Shown: positions 51,502 to 61,396, counted from the stretch's first letter. The stretch: DNA of 64,000 nucleotides from Candidatus Atribacteria bacterium UBA6251 (GCA_002441285.1 DJVR01000028.1:2910-66909); one strand, 5' to 3'. The notes: generated by a model not told the origin, from the letters alone. Translations and numbers: made by a program.

Positions 51502-52803
51502 ATGAGTAAATCTATCCTTATTAAAACTGATTTGCCTGGACCAAAATCTAAAGAGATTCAACAAAAAAGGGGGGAATATATTGCCAGACCTATGGGGAGT
51601 TCTTTATCACCGTGTTATATTGCTTCTGGGGAAGGTGCTTTAGTAAATGATGTTGATGGTAACCGTTTTATTGATCTTACTGGTGGTTGGGGGTGTTTGG
51701 TGGTAGGGCATTCCCATCCGAGAGTAGTTAAGGCGATTCAGAGGCAAGTAGAGGATTATTTACATACTGATTTTACCGCTGTACCTTATCAACCCTTGAT
51801 TGATTTAGCAGAAAAATTAGTAGAATTAGCACCAGGTAAAGAGCCTAAAACAGCGGCATTTTTTAATTCTGGAGCAGAAGCAGTGGAAAATGCAGTCAAG
51901 ATTGCGCGTGCTTATACCAAGAGACCCGCTATTGTAGTTTTTGAAAATGCTTTTCATGGTAGAACATTGTTGGCTATGACTATGACCCATAAAGCTATGC
52001 CTTATAAATATCACTTTGGACCCTTTGCACCTGAAATTTATCGTCTACCTTTTCCCACTCCTTCCCATCCCTTAGAATATACAATTTGGGAGAAAAAACT
52101 TCTTCAAATAGTAATTCCTGAATCCGTAGCTGCGATAGTGATTGAACCTATTCAGGGGGAAGGAGGTTTTAATGTCCCTCAGGAAGGATTTTTGAAATTT
52201 TTAAGAGAATTAACTAAAAAATATGGGATTTTAATGGTTCTTGATGAAGTACAAAGTGGAGTAGGAAGAACTGGAAAGTTTTATGCTATTGAAAATTGGA
52301 ATGTGGAACCGGATATTATCTGTTTAGGAAAATCTTTAGCTTCTGGATTACCTCTTTCAGCGGTAATAGCTAAAAAAATTATTACCGATAGTCTACCAGA
52401 GGGGTGTATTGGAGGGACTTATGTAGGAAATCCAGTAGCCTGTCGGGTAGCTCTGGAAGTTCTGGCTATAATTCGAGAAGAAAATCTTCTGGAAAGAGCT
52501 ATTCATATAGGAGAAATATTGAAAGAAAGATTTTTGCAAATGAAAGATAAATATTCTATAGTAGGAGATGTACGGGGCATAGGGGCTATGATGGCAATAG
52601 AATTAGTAAAGGATAGAAAGACTAAAGAACCAGCTACGGAAGAAACAGCAAGAATAATCCAGGAATGTGTTCAGCAGGGAGTATTTATTCCCAGTGCTGG
52701 TTTAAATAAGAATGTTTTAAGAATATTAGTTTCTCTATCCATTACCGATGAACAACTAAATGAAGCACTGGATGTATTGGAAGGAGCAATGAGTAGAATT
52801 TAA
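51502..52803 (+). CDS. Class III (omega-) aminotransferase, 4-aminobutyrate/5-aminovalerate aminotransferase-like
   Basis: 433 aa. LPGPKS...D.DGNRFIDLTGGWGCLVVGHSHP, FFNSGAEAVENAVKIAR, FHGRT, DEVQSGVGRTGK and LGKSLASG (PLP-lysine region) follow the GabT-type pattern. Confidence 0.85.
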   Translation: MSKSILIKTDLPGPKSKEIQQKRGEYIARPMGSSLSPCYIASGEGALVNDVDGNRFIDLTGGWGCLVVGHSHPRVVKAIQRQVEDYLHTDFTAVPYQPLIDLAEKLVELAPGKEPKTAAFFNSGAEAVENAVKIARAYTKRPAIVVFENAFHGRTLLAMTMTHKAMPYKYHFGPFAPEIYRLPFPTPSHPLEYTIWEKKLLQIVIPESVAAIVIEPIQGEGGFNVPQEGFLKFLRELTKKYGILMVLDEVQSGVGRTGKFYAIENWNVEPDIICLGKSLASGLPLSAVIAKKIITDSLPEGCIGGTYVGNPVACRVALEVLAIIREENLLERAIHIGEILKERFLQMKDKYSIVGDVRGIGAMMAIELVKDRKTKEPATEETARIIQECVQQGVFIPSAGLNKNVLRILVSLSITDEQLNEALDVLEGAMSRI

Positions 52804-52881
52804 AAAATAAAAAAATAACAAAAAAAGAGGAATATTGAAATTTTTATCGAAAATAAATTAAAATAAAGAGGGGATGTATTT

Positions 52882-54210
52882 ATGATATCTAAGAGAAAAA
52901 TTATTATTATGGGGGCAGCAGGTAGAGATTTTCATAATTTTAACGTCTATTTTAAAAATAATGAAAATTATGAAGTGATTGCTTTTACCGCTACACAAAT
53001 TCCAGATATTGCAGGTAGAGAATATCCGGCTGAACTTTCTGGTCCTTTGTATCCAAAAGGTATTCCTATATATCCAGAAGAAGACTTACCTGCTTTAATT
53101 AAAAAGTATAAAATTGATCAGGTAATTTTAGCTTATAGTGACATTTCATATCAATATGTAATGAACAGAGCTTCTCTGGTATTAGCCAATGGTGCAGATT
53201 TTAGACTAATGGGACCGAAAAATATTATGCTGAAATCAAAACTACCAGTAGTATCGGTATGCGCGGTAAGGACAGGTTGTGGCAAAAGCCAAACTACTCG
53301 CAAAGTAACTGATATTTTAAAAAAGAAAGGTTATAAAATTGCAGTAATCAGGCATCCTATGCCTTATGGTGATCTTAAAGAGCAGATCTGGCAAAGATAC
53401 GAAGATTATTCCGATTTAGATCGTTATAAATGTACTATTGAAGAAAGAGAAGAATATGAGCCACATTTAGATAGAGGGAATATTTTGTATGCCGGTGTGG
53501 ATTACCAAGAAATATTAACCAGAGCAGAAAAGGATGTAGATGTAATTGTTTGGGATGGGGGCAATAATGATCTTCCCTTTTATCAGCCAGATTTACATAT
53601 TGTAGTTACTGATCCTCATCGTGCTGGGCATGAAACAAGTTATTATCCAGGTGAAGCAAATCTTCGAATGGCGGATGTAGTAGTAATTAATAAGATAGAT
53701 ACTGCCGTACCAGAGAAAATAAATTTTTTACGGGAAAACATTTATAAGCTTGCCCCCCAAGCTATTTTGGTTGAAGCTGCTTCTCCTATTATAGTTGAGG
53801 GATATGAGCTGATTAGAGGTAAGAGAGTGCTAGTAGTTGAGGATGGGCCAACCTTAACTCACGGAGAGATGAAGTATGGGGCAGGAATTATTGCTGCCCA
53901 AAAATTTGGAGCCAAAGAAATAGTAGACCCTAGACCTTATGCTGTCGGTAGCATCAGAGAAACTTATCAAAAATATCCAGCAATAGGTACTCTATTGCCA
54001 GCTATGGGGTATGGTAAAAAGCAGATTAAAGAGTTAGAAGTAACCATAAACTCAACTGACTGTGATTTGGTAATTGTAGGTACTCCTATAGATTTAGGAA
54101 GGATAATTCAAATAAATAAAAAACTAATAAGAGTAAAATACGAATTGCAAGAAATTGGAAAGCCTGATCTGGAGGAGGCTATCAGCACCAAGATTGAAGA
54201 TAGGAGGTGA
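52882..54210 (+). CDS. P-loop NTPase of the cyclic 2,3-diphosphoglycerate synthetase-like family (function unknown here)
   Basis: 442 aa. IIIMGAAGRDFHNFNVYF N-terminus and internal P-loop AVRTGCGKSQTT. The family assignment is from memory of similarly annotated bacterial proteins. Confidence 0.45.
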   Translation: MISKRKIIIMGAAGRDFHNFNVYFKNNENYEVIAFTATQIPDIAGREYPAELSGPLYPKGIPIYPEEDLPALIKKYKIDQVILAYSDISYQYVMNRASLVLANGADFRLMGPKNIMLKSKLPVVSVCAVRTGCGKSQTTRKVTDILKKKGYKIAVIRHPMPYGDLKEQIWQRYEDYSDLDRYKCTIEEREEYEPHLDRGNILYAGVDYQEILTRAEKDVDVIVWDGGNNDLPFYQPDLHIVVTDPHRAGHETSYYPGEANLRMADVVVINKIDTAVPEKINFLRENIYKLAPQAILVEAASPIIVEGYELIRGKRVLVVEDGPTLTHGEMKYGAGIIAAQKFGAKEIVDPRPYAVGSIRETYQKYPAIGTLLPAMGYGKKQIKELEVTINSTDCDLVIVGTPIDLGRIIQINKKLIRVKYELQEIGKPDLEEAISTKIEDRR

Positions 54211-54391
54211 GGATTAAAGTTAAAAAACTGAATATTTTTATTATATCGGGTTTTATAAGAAGCTGATATAATATTCGAGGTTAATGGTAGAATTTTAAAA
54301 ACTACCTATATAAGGGGGAAAATTTTTTATACTAAGAAGTAAAATCACAGTATTTGTACTCAAAATAAAGAAAGGAGAGATATTTTAAAAA

Positions 54392-56068
54392 ATGTCTTAT
54401 TATCATCCACATATTAAGAAAATTTTACTCTTTTTGTTTATAGCCATAGTCTTGGTAACTTTTTTTGGGAGTATTTGGGCTCAAGAAGAAGAGCCTAATG
54501 TGAATTATGGTTTTTTATCTCTTTTGCCTCCTTTGGTAGCCATTGTATTGTGTTTTATAACTAAGCAGGTACTAGCTTCTCTTTTTATTGGTATCTGGGT
54601 GGGAGCTACTATTTTATCAGGATGGAATCCTTTGGCTGGTGTCACTACGACGGTAGGTTATATAGTTGATAATGCAGCAGATAGTTGGAATGCTACTATT
54701 TTATTATTCGATTTTGTAGTAGGAGGACTTATTGGTTTAATCTACCTTTCGGGAGGAGCTTATGCTTTTGTAAAAAGTATTACCGATAGAGTAAAGAACG
54801 CAAGAGGTGGACAGTTTACAGCTTGGCTTTTTGGTTTAATTATATTCTTTGATGATTATGCCAATACTGCGGTAGTAGGTAATGCTTTTAGACCGGTAAC
54901 TGATAAGTTGGGCATTTCTCGTGAAAAGTTTTCCTATATTGTCGATTCTACCGCCGCTCCAGTTGCTTCTTTAGCTCTTATTTCTACCTGGATTGGTTAT
55001 GAAGTAGGGCTTATTGGTGATGCTATCGAAGGTTCTTCAGTAACCCTTACTCCTTACACTATCTTCTTGCAATCTATCCCATACCGTTTCTATAGTATTT
55101 TTGCCATCATATTAGTCTTATTTATTGCCTTATCACAGAGGGATTATGGTCCAATGTTAAAAGCAGAGTATAGAACCAGAACTACAGGGAAGGTCTTTGC
55201 TGATGGGGCAACCCCACTCTCTGGAGGTAGCCAATTAAAGGTTTTAGAAGGTGCTCCTCAAAAAACTATAAATATGGTAGTTCCTATTATAGCTTTGGTA
55301 GTAATAAGTATATTTGGAATGTGGTGGACGGGAGGTGGAACCTCTACTGGGTCCTTTACTGAGGCTATTTCCAATGCTGATGCTATGACTGCCCTTCTAT
55401 GGGGAGCAATATTTGCAGTAATTATTGCTGTAATAATGTATAAAACACAGGGGATCGCCACTCTGGCAGATATGATGGATGCCTTTATAGATGGTGCTAA
55501 GATGATGGTATTGGCCAATTTAATCTTACTTTCTGCCTGGTCTATTGGTAGTGTTTGTGATGAGATTGGAACTGCTCCTTACGTAGTAAATGCAGCAAAA
55601 GGAATTATTTCTCCAGTTTTACTACCTATGGTTCTATTTTTAGTCTGTAATATAATTTCATTTTCTACTGGTACTTCTTGGGGTACTATGGCTATAGCTA
55701 TGCCTATTGCTGTTCCATTAGCGCTCGCTCTGGGTGTTCCTTTACCTTTAGGGGTATCTGCAGTATTAACAGGTTCAGTAATGGGTGATCATTGTTCACC
55801 TCTTTCAGACACTACTATTATGTCTTCAATGTTTTCCGGTTCAGATCATATGGATCATGTGAAAACCCAGATTCCTTATTCTTTAACTGCAGATGGAGTG
55901 GCTATATTAGCCTACATTCTAACCGGAAGTGGAATGTCAGTTGCCTTAATATTACCTTTGGGAATAATTTTGGTTGGAATTTTACTCTATCTATTTTCCA
56001 GTATCTCTGCCAAGTCAGCCGGTATTTCATTCCCCTTACCCGAACTTAAGGCAAAAGAAACAAAATAA
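54392..56068 (+). CDS. NhaC-family transporter (Na+/H+ antiporter family; candidate amino-acid carrier)
   Basis: 558 aa and highly hydrophobic. DDYANTAVVGNAFRP and STGTSWGT are characteristic of NhaC-type carriers. Confidence 0.75.
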   Translation: MSYYHPHIKKILLFLFIAIVLVTFFGSIWAQEEEPNVNYGFLSLLPPLVAIVLCFITKQVLASLFIGIWVGATILSGWNPLAGVTTTVGYIVDNAADSWNATILLFDFVVGGLIGLIYLSGGAYAFVKSITDRVKNARGGQFTAWLFGLIIFFDDYANTAVVGNAFRPVTDKLGISREKFSYIVDSTAAPVASLALISTWIGYEVGLIGDAIEGSSVTLTPYTIFLQSIPYRFYSIFAIILVLFIALSQRDYGPMLKAEYRTRTTGKVFADGATPLSGGSQLKVLEGAPQKTINMVVPIIALVVISIFGMWWTGGGTSTGSFTEAISNADAMTALLWGAIFAVIIAVIMYKTQGIATLADMMDAFIDGAKMMVLANLILLSAWSIGSVCDEIGTAPYVVNAAKGIISPVLLPMVLFLVCNIISFSTGTSWGTMAIAMPIAVPLALALGVPLPLGVSAVLTGSVMGDHCSPLSDTTIMSSMFSGSDHMDHVKTQIPYSLTADGVAILAYILTGSGMSVALILPLGIILVGILLYLFSSISAKSAGISFPLPELKAKETK

Positions 56069-56097
56069 ATAAAAAATTATTTTATTGATCTGGGAAA

Positions 56098-56144
56098 AAT
56101 GAAGTCATCTTATCTGGAAAATAAAAAGATAGGATGGCTTCATT
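56098..56144 (+). terminator. Long hairpin after the NhaC-family gene (possible terminator)
   Basis: 17-bp stem, AATGAAGTCATCTTATC (56098-56114) pairing with GATAGGATGGCTTCATT (56128-56144), with two G-U pairs and a 13-nt loop. The downstream T-run is weak. Confidence 0.4.
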
Positions 56145-56231
56145 AAGTTTAATAAAATTATGATTTAAAACTTATTCTCAGATATTTTCTTATAGTGTAA
56201 TGGAAAGGTAATAAAAAGGAGGAAATTTTTT

Positions 56232-58400
56232 ATGACTCAAATCAAACAAGAAGAGAACAATATATTAACAACTTTTAATTTTGAACCAGGTAAGGTGGAC
56301 AAGGGATATACTGATAGACGTTTATATATTAATCTTTCTAAGAATAAGATTGAGGAAAGAAGCATCGAAACTAGAATAAAGGAGACTTTTACTGGTGGTA
56401 GGGGTTACGGAATATGGTATTTATGGCAGGCTATTACACCTAAGACCAAATGGAATGACCCAGAGAATGAAATAATTTTTTGTACCGGACCCATCTGTGG
56501 AGTTACTCAGTACTCTGGAACCGGGAAAACCCATGTAGTATCTCTATCTCCAGAAACTGGAACAGTTAATGATAATAATGTAGGCGGTTATTTTGCCCCT
56601 TTCTTAAAATTTTCTGGTTGGGATTTATTGGAAATTCAGGGCAAAGCAAAAAAAGATGTGATTATTTTCATTGATGGAAATAAAGGAAAAGTTTATATAG
56701 AAGAGGTAGAAGGATTAGATTCTAATACCTATTTTCTAACGGAAAAATTAACTGCAAGATTTGCTGATGATGAGAAAGATAAACGGAATATAAGTGTGGT
56801 TAGTTCAGGAATAGGAGCTGAAAATACCCATTTAGGAATTTTAAATATTAGTTGGTATGATAGTCGAAGAAAACATGTCCGCATCAAGCAGGCTGGTCGA
56901 GGTGGTACCGGAACAGTATTTAGAGACAAAAAGATATTGGCTATAGTAATCAAATATTCCAGGGTTACTGCAAATTCTAATAAAGTGGCTAACCCTGATT
57001 TAATTGCCCAAGCAGGGAAAAGAATAACCAAAGAAATCTTAGAATTGGATCACCTCCAAAACGGAATGCGTGAAACCGGAACCGTGAATCTGATAGATCA
57101 TATGCAGAAATTTAATTGTTTACCAGTACACAATTTTAAGTTTGGTTCACATCCTGAAGCGGACAAAATTGCTAATAAAGTATGGCATCAGCGTATGACT
57201 CAGAATCAGGCGGGTGATTCTTGTTGGATAGGTTGTAATTTACGTTGTTCACATGGGGTAGATAATTTTGAATTAACTACTGGCCCCCTGAAAGGCAAAA
57301 AGGTTTTAGTAGATGGACCAGAATATGAAACTACTGCTGGATTTGGTGGTAATTGTGGATGCTTTAATTCAGATTTTGTATTAGAAGCGAATTTTTACTG
57401 TGATCACTATGGTTTGGATACTATTGGAGTGAGTACTACTATAGCATTTCTAATGGAATGCTATGAAAATAATATCATCGATAAAAACATAACCCAAGGG
57501 TTAGAACTTAATTTTGGAAATACGGCAGCGGCTTTAGAATTGATTCATCAGATGGCAGAAGGAAAAGGCTTTGGCAAAATTGCTGGTTTAGGGATTAGAA
57601 AGATTAAAAAAATTCTGGTGGAAAAGCATGAAGCAGATGAAAAATTCCTACAAGATATCGGGATGGAATGTAAGGGAATGGAGTTTTCCGAATATGTTAC
57701 CAAAGAATCTTTAGCTCAACAAGGAGGATATGGTATAGCTAACAAAGGGCCTCAACACGATGAATCCTGGTTAATTTTTATGGACCAGGTAAATAATCAA
57801 ATTCCTACTTTCGAGGACAAAGCCGAAGCTCTTCATTATTTTCCATTATTTCGAACCTGGTTTTCTATTGTAGGTTTATGTAAATTACCCTGGAACGATA
57901 TTGAACCCAGTGACAATAAGAAAAAATACCATGGTATTGAAGCAGCAAAAGTTCCGGAACATGTAGAGAACTATTGTTGGATTTTTGAAGGGGTAACCGG
58001 CAAAAAAATTACTCCTGAAGAGTTAATTTTACAATCAGAGAGAGTACATAACTTGCAGAGAATATTCAATTTAAGAATGGGCTTTGGTACTAGAGAATAT
58101 GATCAGATTCCCTATCGGGCAATGGGGCCTGTTACCATAGAAGAATACGAATCACGCAAAGATTTTTATGATCAACAACTAAAAGAAATAATGAAATTAG
58201 ATGTTGAAAATAAAACTACTGAAGAAAAGATGAAAATTCTTAGAGTTTATCGAGAAGAACAGTATCAGAAACTTTGTGATGCTGTTTATAAACGGAGAGG
58301 ATGGAGTAATAAAGGTGTTCCCACTCTAGAGACTATAAAGAAATTAAGGATAGATTTTCCAGAAATTCTAGAAGTAGTTACCCAAATTGATCCTGAGTAG
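56232..58400 (+). CDS. Aldehyde:ferredoxin oxidoreductase family (tungsto/molybdopterin) enzyme
   Basis: 722 aa. N-terminal AOR domain (GYTDRRLYINLSK...FTGGRGYGIWYLW) and Cys-containing [4Fe-4S] region (CWIGCNLRCSH). From memory it is longer than the ~600-aa archaeal AOR/FOR prototypes and closer in size to E. coli YdhV-like members. Confidence 0.85.
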   Translation: MTQIKQEENNILTTFNFEPGKVDKGYTDRRLYINLSKNKIEERSIETRIKETFTGGRGYGIWYLWQAITPKTKWNDPENEIIFCTGPICGVTQYSGTGKTHVVSLSPETGTVNDNNVGGYFAPFLKFSGWDLLEIQGKAKKDVIIFIDGNKGKVYIEEVEGLDSNTYFLTEKLTARFADDEKDKRNISVVSSGIGAENTHLGILNISWYDSRRKHVRIKQAGRGGTGTVFRDKKILAIVIKYSRVTANSNKVANPDLIAQAGKRITKEILELDHLQNGMRETGTVNLIDHMQKFNCLPVHNFKFGSHPEADKIANKVWHQRMTQNQAGDSCWIGCNLRCSHGVDNFELTTGPLKGKKVLVDGPEYETTAGFGGNCGCFNSDFVLEANFYCDHYGLDTIGVSTTIAFLMECYENNIIDKNITQGLELNFGNTAAALELIHQMAEGKGFGKIAGLGIRKIKKILVEKHEADEKFLQDIGMECKGMEFSEYVTKESLAQQGGYGIANKGPQHDESWLIFMDQVNNQIPTFEDKAEALHYFPLFRTWFSIVGLCKLPWNDIEPSDNKKKYHGIEAAKVPEHVENYCWIFEGVTGKKITPEELILQSERVHNLQRIFNLRMGFGTREYDQIPYRAMGPVTIEEYESRKDFYDQQLKEIMKLDVENKTTEEKMKILRVYREEQYQKLCDAVYKRRGWSNKGVPTLETIKKLRIDFPEILEVVTQIDPE

Positions 58401-58469
58401 GTCAGGAGAAATACTGGTTTTGTAATAGAAACCGGTGGAATAATGAAAAAATAGTTTAAAAGAAAATTG

Positions 58470-58516
58470 GTAAAGATCAGCGTCAAATAATAATTGGTTC
58501 TGATCTTTACTTTTTT
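58470..58516 (+). terminator. Intrinsic terminator after the AOR gene
   Basis: 11-bp stem, GTAAAGATCAG (58470-80) pairing with CTGATCTTTAC (58500-10), followed by TTTTTT (58511-16). The loop is long (19 nt). Confidence 0.6.
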
Positions 58517-58774
58517 GCTTTAATATTAGATTATTTATGATTTCATAAAATGAATTTTTTTGTTACCTCATTTTTTTATTAGTGGTTTTGTTTCAGGAAA
58601 TTATTAAGATAATTAATTTTTTCAATAAAAAGTATTTTATAATTTTTTAACTTATTGAAAAACAAAACTACAAACCACATACCGGAGAGCAATCAAAAAT
58701 ATAAAGGTTTTTGTATTAATTCTTTAGATGTTTATACCTTGCATTTTTTTAACAGATATGATATTATTAAAATG

Positions 58775-58788
58775 TTAGGAATACCTAA
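58775..58788 (+). promoter_or_regulatory. Palindrome TTAGG-AATA-CCTAA upstream of dtxR-feoAB (candidate DtxR-family operator)
   Basis: Perfect 5-4-5 palindrome ~65 nt upstream of the repressor start. The outer pentamers equal those of the classical DtxR/IdeR operator (TTAGG...CCTAA), but the spacing is shorter (14 bp overall versus 19 bp). Confidence 0.3.
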
Positions 58789-58853
58789 TAAAGATAGGAA
58801 TATGAAAATATTTTCTAATTTCTGTGTTCAATATTACTTAAGGGAGGATTTTG

Positions 58854-59246
58854 ATGGTAACACGAAATGTAGAAGACTATCTAGAAGCTATATGGGATTT
58901 ACAGGATAAAAAAGGTTATATTAGGGCAAAAGATATCGCTCAAAAATTAAAGGTAAGCAGACCCAGTGTATCAGAGATGGTCAGAAAATTATCCGAAGAT
59001 AAATTTATACAATATGAAAGATATGGCGGAATAATTATTACTCCTAAGGGAAAGAGATTAGCCCAGGAGATTAAAAAACGTCATAATTTATTGGTAAACT
59101 TTTTAAGGATTATAGGAGTAGACGAGGATAATGCCCAGAAAGATGCTTGTAAATTAGAGCATGACATATCTCCTGAAACTATGGATTGCTTAATTAAGTT
59201 TGTAGAATATGTTAACTTATTGCCGACTAAAAAGAAGAAAGGATAA
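58854..59246 (+). CDS. DtxR/MntR family metal-dependent repressor (no SH3-like domain)
   Basis: VEDYLEAIWDLQDKKGYIRAKDIAQKLKVSRPSVSEMVRKLSEDKFI...ITPKGKRLAQEIKKRHNLLVNFL...A..DACKLEH. ATG 58854 follows AGGGAGGA. Confidence 0.85.
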   Translation: MVTRNVEDYLEAIWDLQDKKGYIRAKDIAQKLKVSRPSVSEMVRKLSEDKFIQYERYGGIIITPKGKRLAQEIKKRHNLLVNFLRIIGVDEDNAQKDACKLEHDISPETMDCLIKFVEYVNLLPTKKKKG

Positions 59247-59252
59247 GATTCT

Positions 59253-59489
59253 ATGTTTTCTATTTCGCTTGACTCCGTAAAAGAAGGTAAAGTGGTAAAA
59301 GTTTTAGATATTTATGGAGGATGGGGGATAAGACAACGCTTAAGTTGTTTAGGTATTCACCCAGGAGATTTAATTACGGTCAAAAAGAGCGGGATTATAC
59401 ACGGACCTATTTTAATAAGTATTCACGGGAATCATATTGCTTTAGGTAGAGGGATTGCCCGCAAAATATTGGTGGAGGAAGTAGAATGA
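59253..59489 (+). CDS. feoA: FeoA family protein
   Basis: 78 aa. SH3-like FeoA pattern (G..V.V..I.GG.G...RL..LGI.PG..I.V) directly upstream of feoB. Confidence 0.85.
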   Translation: MFSISLDSVKEGKVVKVLDIYGGWGIRQRLSCLGIHPGDLITVKKSGIIHGPILISIHGNHIALGRGIARKILVEEVE

Positions 59490-61396
59490 AGATAGCTCTT
59501 ATGGGACAACCTAATTGTGGGAAAAGTACAATTTTTAATCATGTAGCTGGTTATAAAGCTGTAACTTCTAATTTTCCTGGAAAGACAGTAAAATACACTC
59601 AAACCAAATTCAAACTTTTTGGTGAGACAGTAGAACTAATTGATTTGCCCGGGACTTATTCTTTAACTTCTTTTGATTTAGCTGAACTGGAAGCAAGAAA
59701 TTATCTATTTAGAGAAAAGGTTGATATGGTAATAAATGTACTAGATGCCTCTTTGTTGGGTAGAAGTTTAGAACTTACTCTACAGCTTTTAGAATTAAAA
59801 TTGCCCATGGTATTATGCCTGAATATGATTGACGAAGCTGAACGAAAAGGTATTCGAATTAATATTGAGAAACTATCCAGTATCTTGGGTATCCCTGTGG
59901 TAGCGGTAATCGCCCTAAAAGGGAAGGGGATAGAAAAGCTCTTTACCCAAGCTTATAATACTGCTAAAGATAAGCCTAGGGGCAAAACTCTAAGCTTTAG
60001 TAAAGATATTGAAGAAATTATTAGTCAATTATCAACCGAACTAAAGAATGAAAATGTTGAAATCTACCCTAAGCTTCCTATACGTTTTCTTGCCTTAAAA
60101 TATTTGGAAGAAGACAAATTTTTTATAGAAGATCTAATCAAAAATTATCCAGATTTTTTAAAAAGGGTGAAATATTTTCAGAATGTAATTCAAGAAACAC
60201 GTGGTAGACCTTCCGATGTGGTTATATCTTCTGAACGTCATTATTTATCTATGCATTTATATGAATCTGTAGTAGTAATTACCGATCCTCAAACCAGCCT
60301 GAGGGATAATCTGGATAATATTTTAATGCATCCTCTTTTTGGTTATATTTCTTTAGGTCTAATTTTCTATTTCTTTTTTAATTTAATTTTTGGGGTAGGA
60401 AAAGTAGTTGAAGAACCATTACTGGATTATTTTTATAGGTTAATCTCTTTAATAGAGAAGAGTATTAATCCAGATACTCTATTGTTTTCCATAATTAGTG
60501 GTATTATCCAGGGGTTAGCCGGAGGAGTAGCAATTGTTTTACCCTATCTATTCCCTTTTTTGTTTGGCCTCGCTATTTTAGAAGATTTAGGATACTTACC
60601 TCGTGTAGCCTTTCTTTTAGACGTTTTTTTACATAAGATTGGGTTACATGGTAAAGCAATTATCCCTTTTATATTAGGTTATGGTTGTACTGTGCCCGCT
60701 ATCATGGCTACTCGAATTTTAGAATCAGAAAGAGATCGTTTTATTACCTCAGTACTAGCTACAATGATTCCTTGTGCTGCAAGAATGACAATAATTTTTG
60801 CCTTAGTAGCTTTTTATATTAGTCCCAAAGCTGCTCTGGCTATTTACATATTAAATTTAATCGTGATTATCATCTCTGGGAGGATATTATCTCGTATACT
60901 ACCAGAGATAACACCTGGGATGATCCTGGAGATACCTGCTTATCATATTCCTTCTTTAAAAGTAGTTTTAGCTAAAACCTGGCTTAGGATGAAAGAGTTC
61001 ATCTTTGTTGCCTGGCCTTTGCTTATTCTGGGGAGTTCTTTGTTAAGCTTATTAAATTACTATCAAATAGATGATCTTGTAAACTATATTTTTTCTCCTT
61101 TGACTAGGCTTTTAGGTCTACCTTTGGTAGTAGGAACCACTTTAATTTTTGGAGTATTACGTAAAGAACTATCTATGTTAATGTTATTTCAAGCCCTGGG
61201 GACCACTGAAGTTATTAAGGTAATGTCACCTACTCAAATTATGACTTTTACTATTTTTATTGTTTTTTATATACCTTGTGTAGCAACTATAGCTGTACTA
61301 TGGCGAGAAATAGGTGGGAAGATGACTTTATTCGCCTTAGCCTTTACTTTTATCCTGGCTATTATGTTAGCTACTATTACACGATTTACATATTAG
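59486..61396 (+). CDS. feoB: Ferrous iron transporter FeoB
   Basis: 636 aa. N-terminal G-domain (IALMGQPNCGKSTIFN, DLPGTYSL, NMIDEA) and a polytopic C-terminal gate domain. ATGA overlap with feoA. Confidence 0.9.
   Translation: MKIALMGQPNCGKSTIFNHVAGYKAVTSNFPGKTVKYTQTKFKLFGETVELIDLPGTYSLTSFDLAELEARNYLFREKVDMVINVLDASLLGRSLELTLQLLELKLPMVLCLNMIDEAERKGIRINIEKLSSILGIPVVAVIALKGKGIEKLFTQAYNTAKDKPRGKTLSFSKDIEEIISQLSTELKNENVEIYPKLPIRFLALKYLEEDKFFIEDLIKNYPDFLKRVKYFQNVIQETRGRPSDVVISSERHYLSMHLYESVVVITDPQTSLRDNLDNILMHPLFGYISLGLIFYFFFNLIFGVGKVVEEPLLDYFYRLISLIEKSINPDTLLFSIISGIIQGLAGGVAIVLPYLFPFLFGLAILEDLGYLPRVAFLLDVFLHKIGLHGKAIIPFILGYGCTVPAIMATRILESERDRFITSVLATMIPCAARMTIIFALVAFYISPKAALAIYILNLIVIIISGRILSRILPEITPGMILEIPAYHIPSLKVVLAKTWLRMKEFIFVAWPLLILGSSLLSLLNYYQIDDLVNYIFSPLTRLLGLPLVVGTTLIFGVLRKELSMLMLFQALGTTEVIKVMSPTQIMTFTIFIVFYIPCVATIAVLWREIGGKMTLFALAFTFILAIMLATITRFTY

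Noticed and set aside
18640-56049. Plus-strand alternative-frame ORFs (18640-18825, 27703-27891, 32752-33060, 33280-33483, 36446-36715, 38354-38626, 46356-46550, 46584-46793, 55792-56049).
   Set aside because: All are fully nested out of frame in well-supported genes and show no recognisable motifs.
2049-58486. About 30 minus-strand ORFs of 61-105 aa in the track (for example 2049-2249, 3734-4015, 6252-6524, 16016-16333, 16326-16598, 42743-43015, 55258-55518, 56729-57031).
   Set aside because: Each lies antisense inside a + strand gene with clear family motifs. The translations are low-complexity (Ile/Leu/Ser/Phe/Lys-rich) and lack an RBS or any recognisable family. These are typical shadow ORFs of AT-rich DNA.
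58655-58909. An 84-aa ORF upstream of and overlapping the dtxR start.
   Set aside because: It has no RBS and a TTG start, and its composition is unremarkable. It covers the likely promoter/operator region and overlaps the strongly supported DtxR-family gene out of frame.
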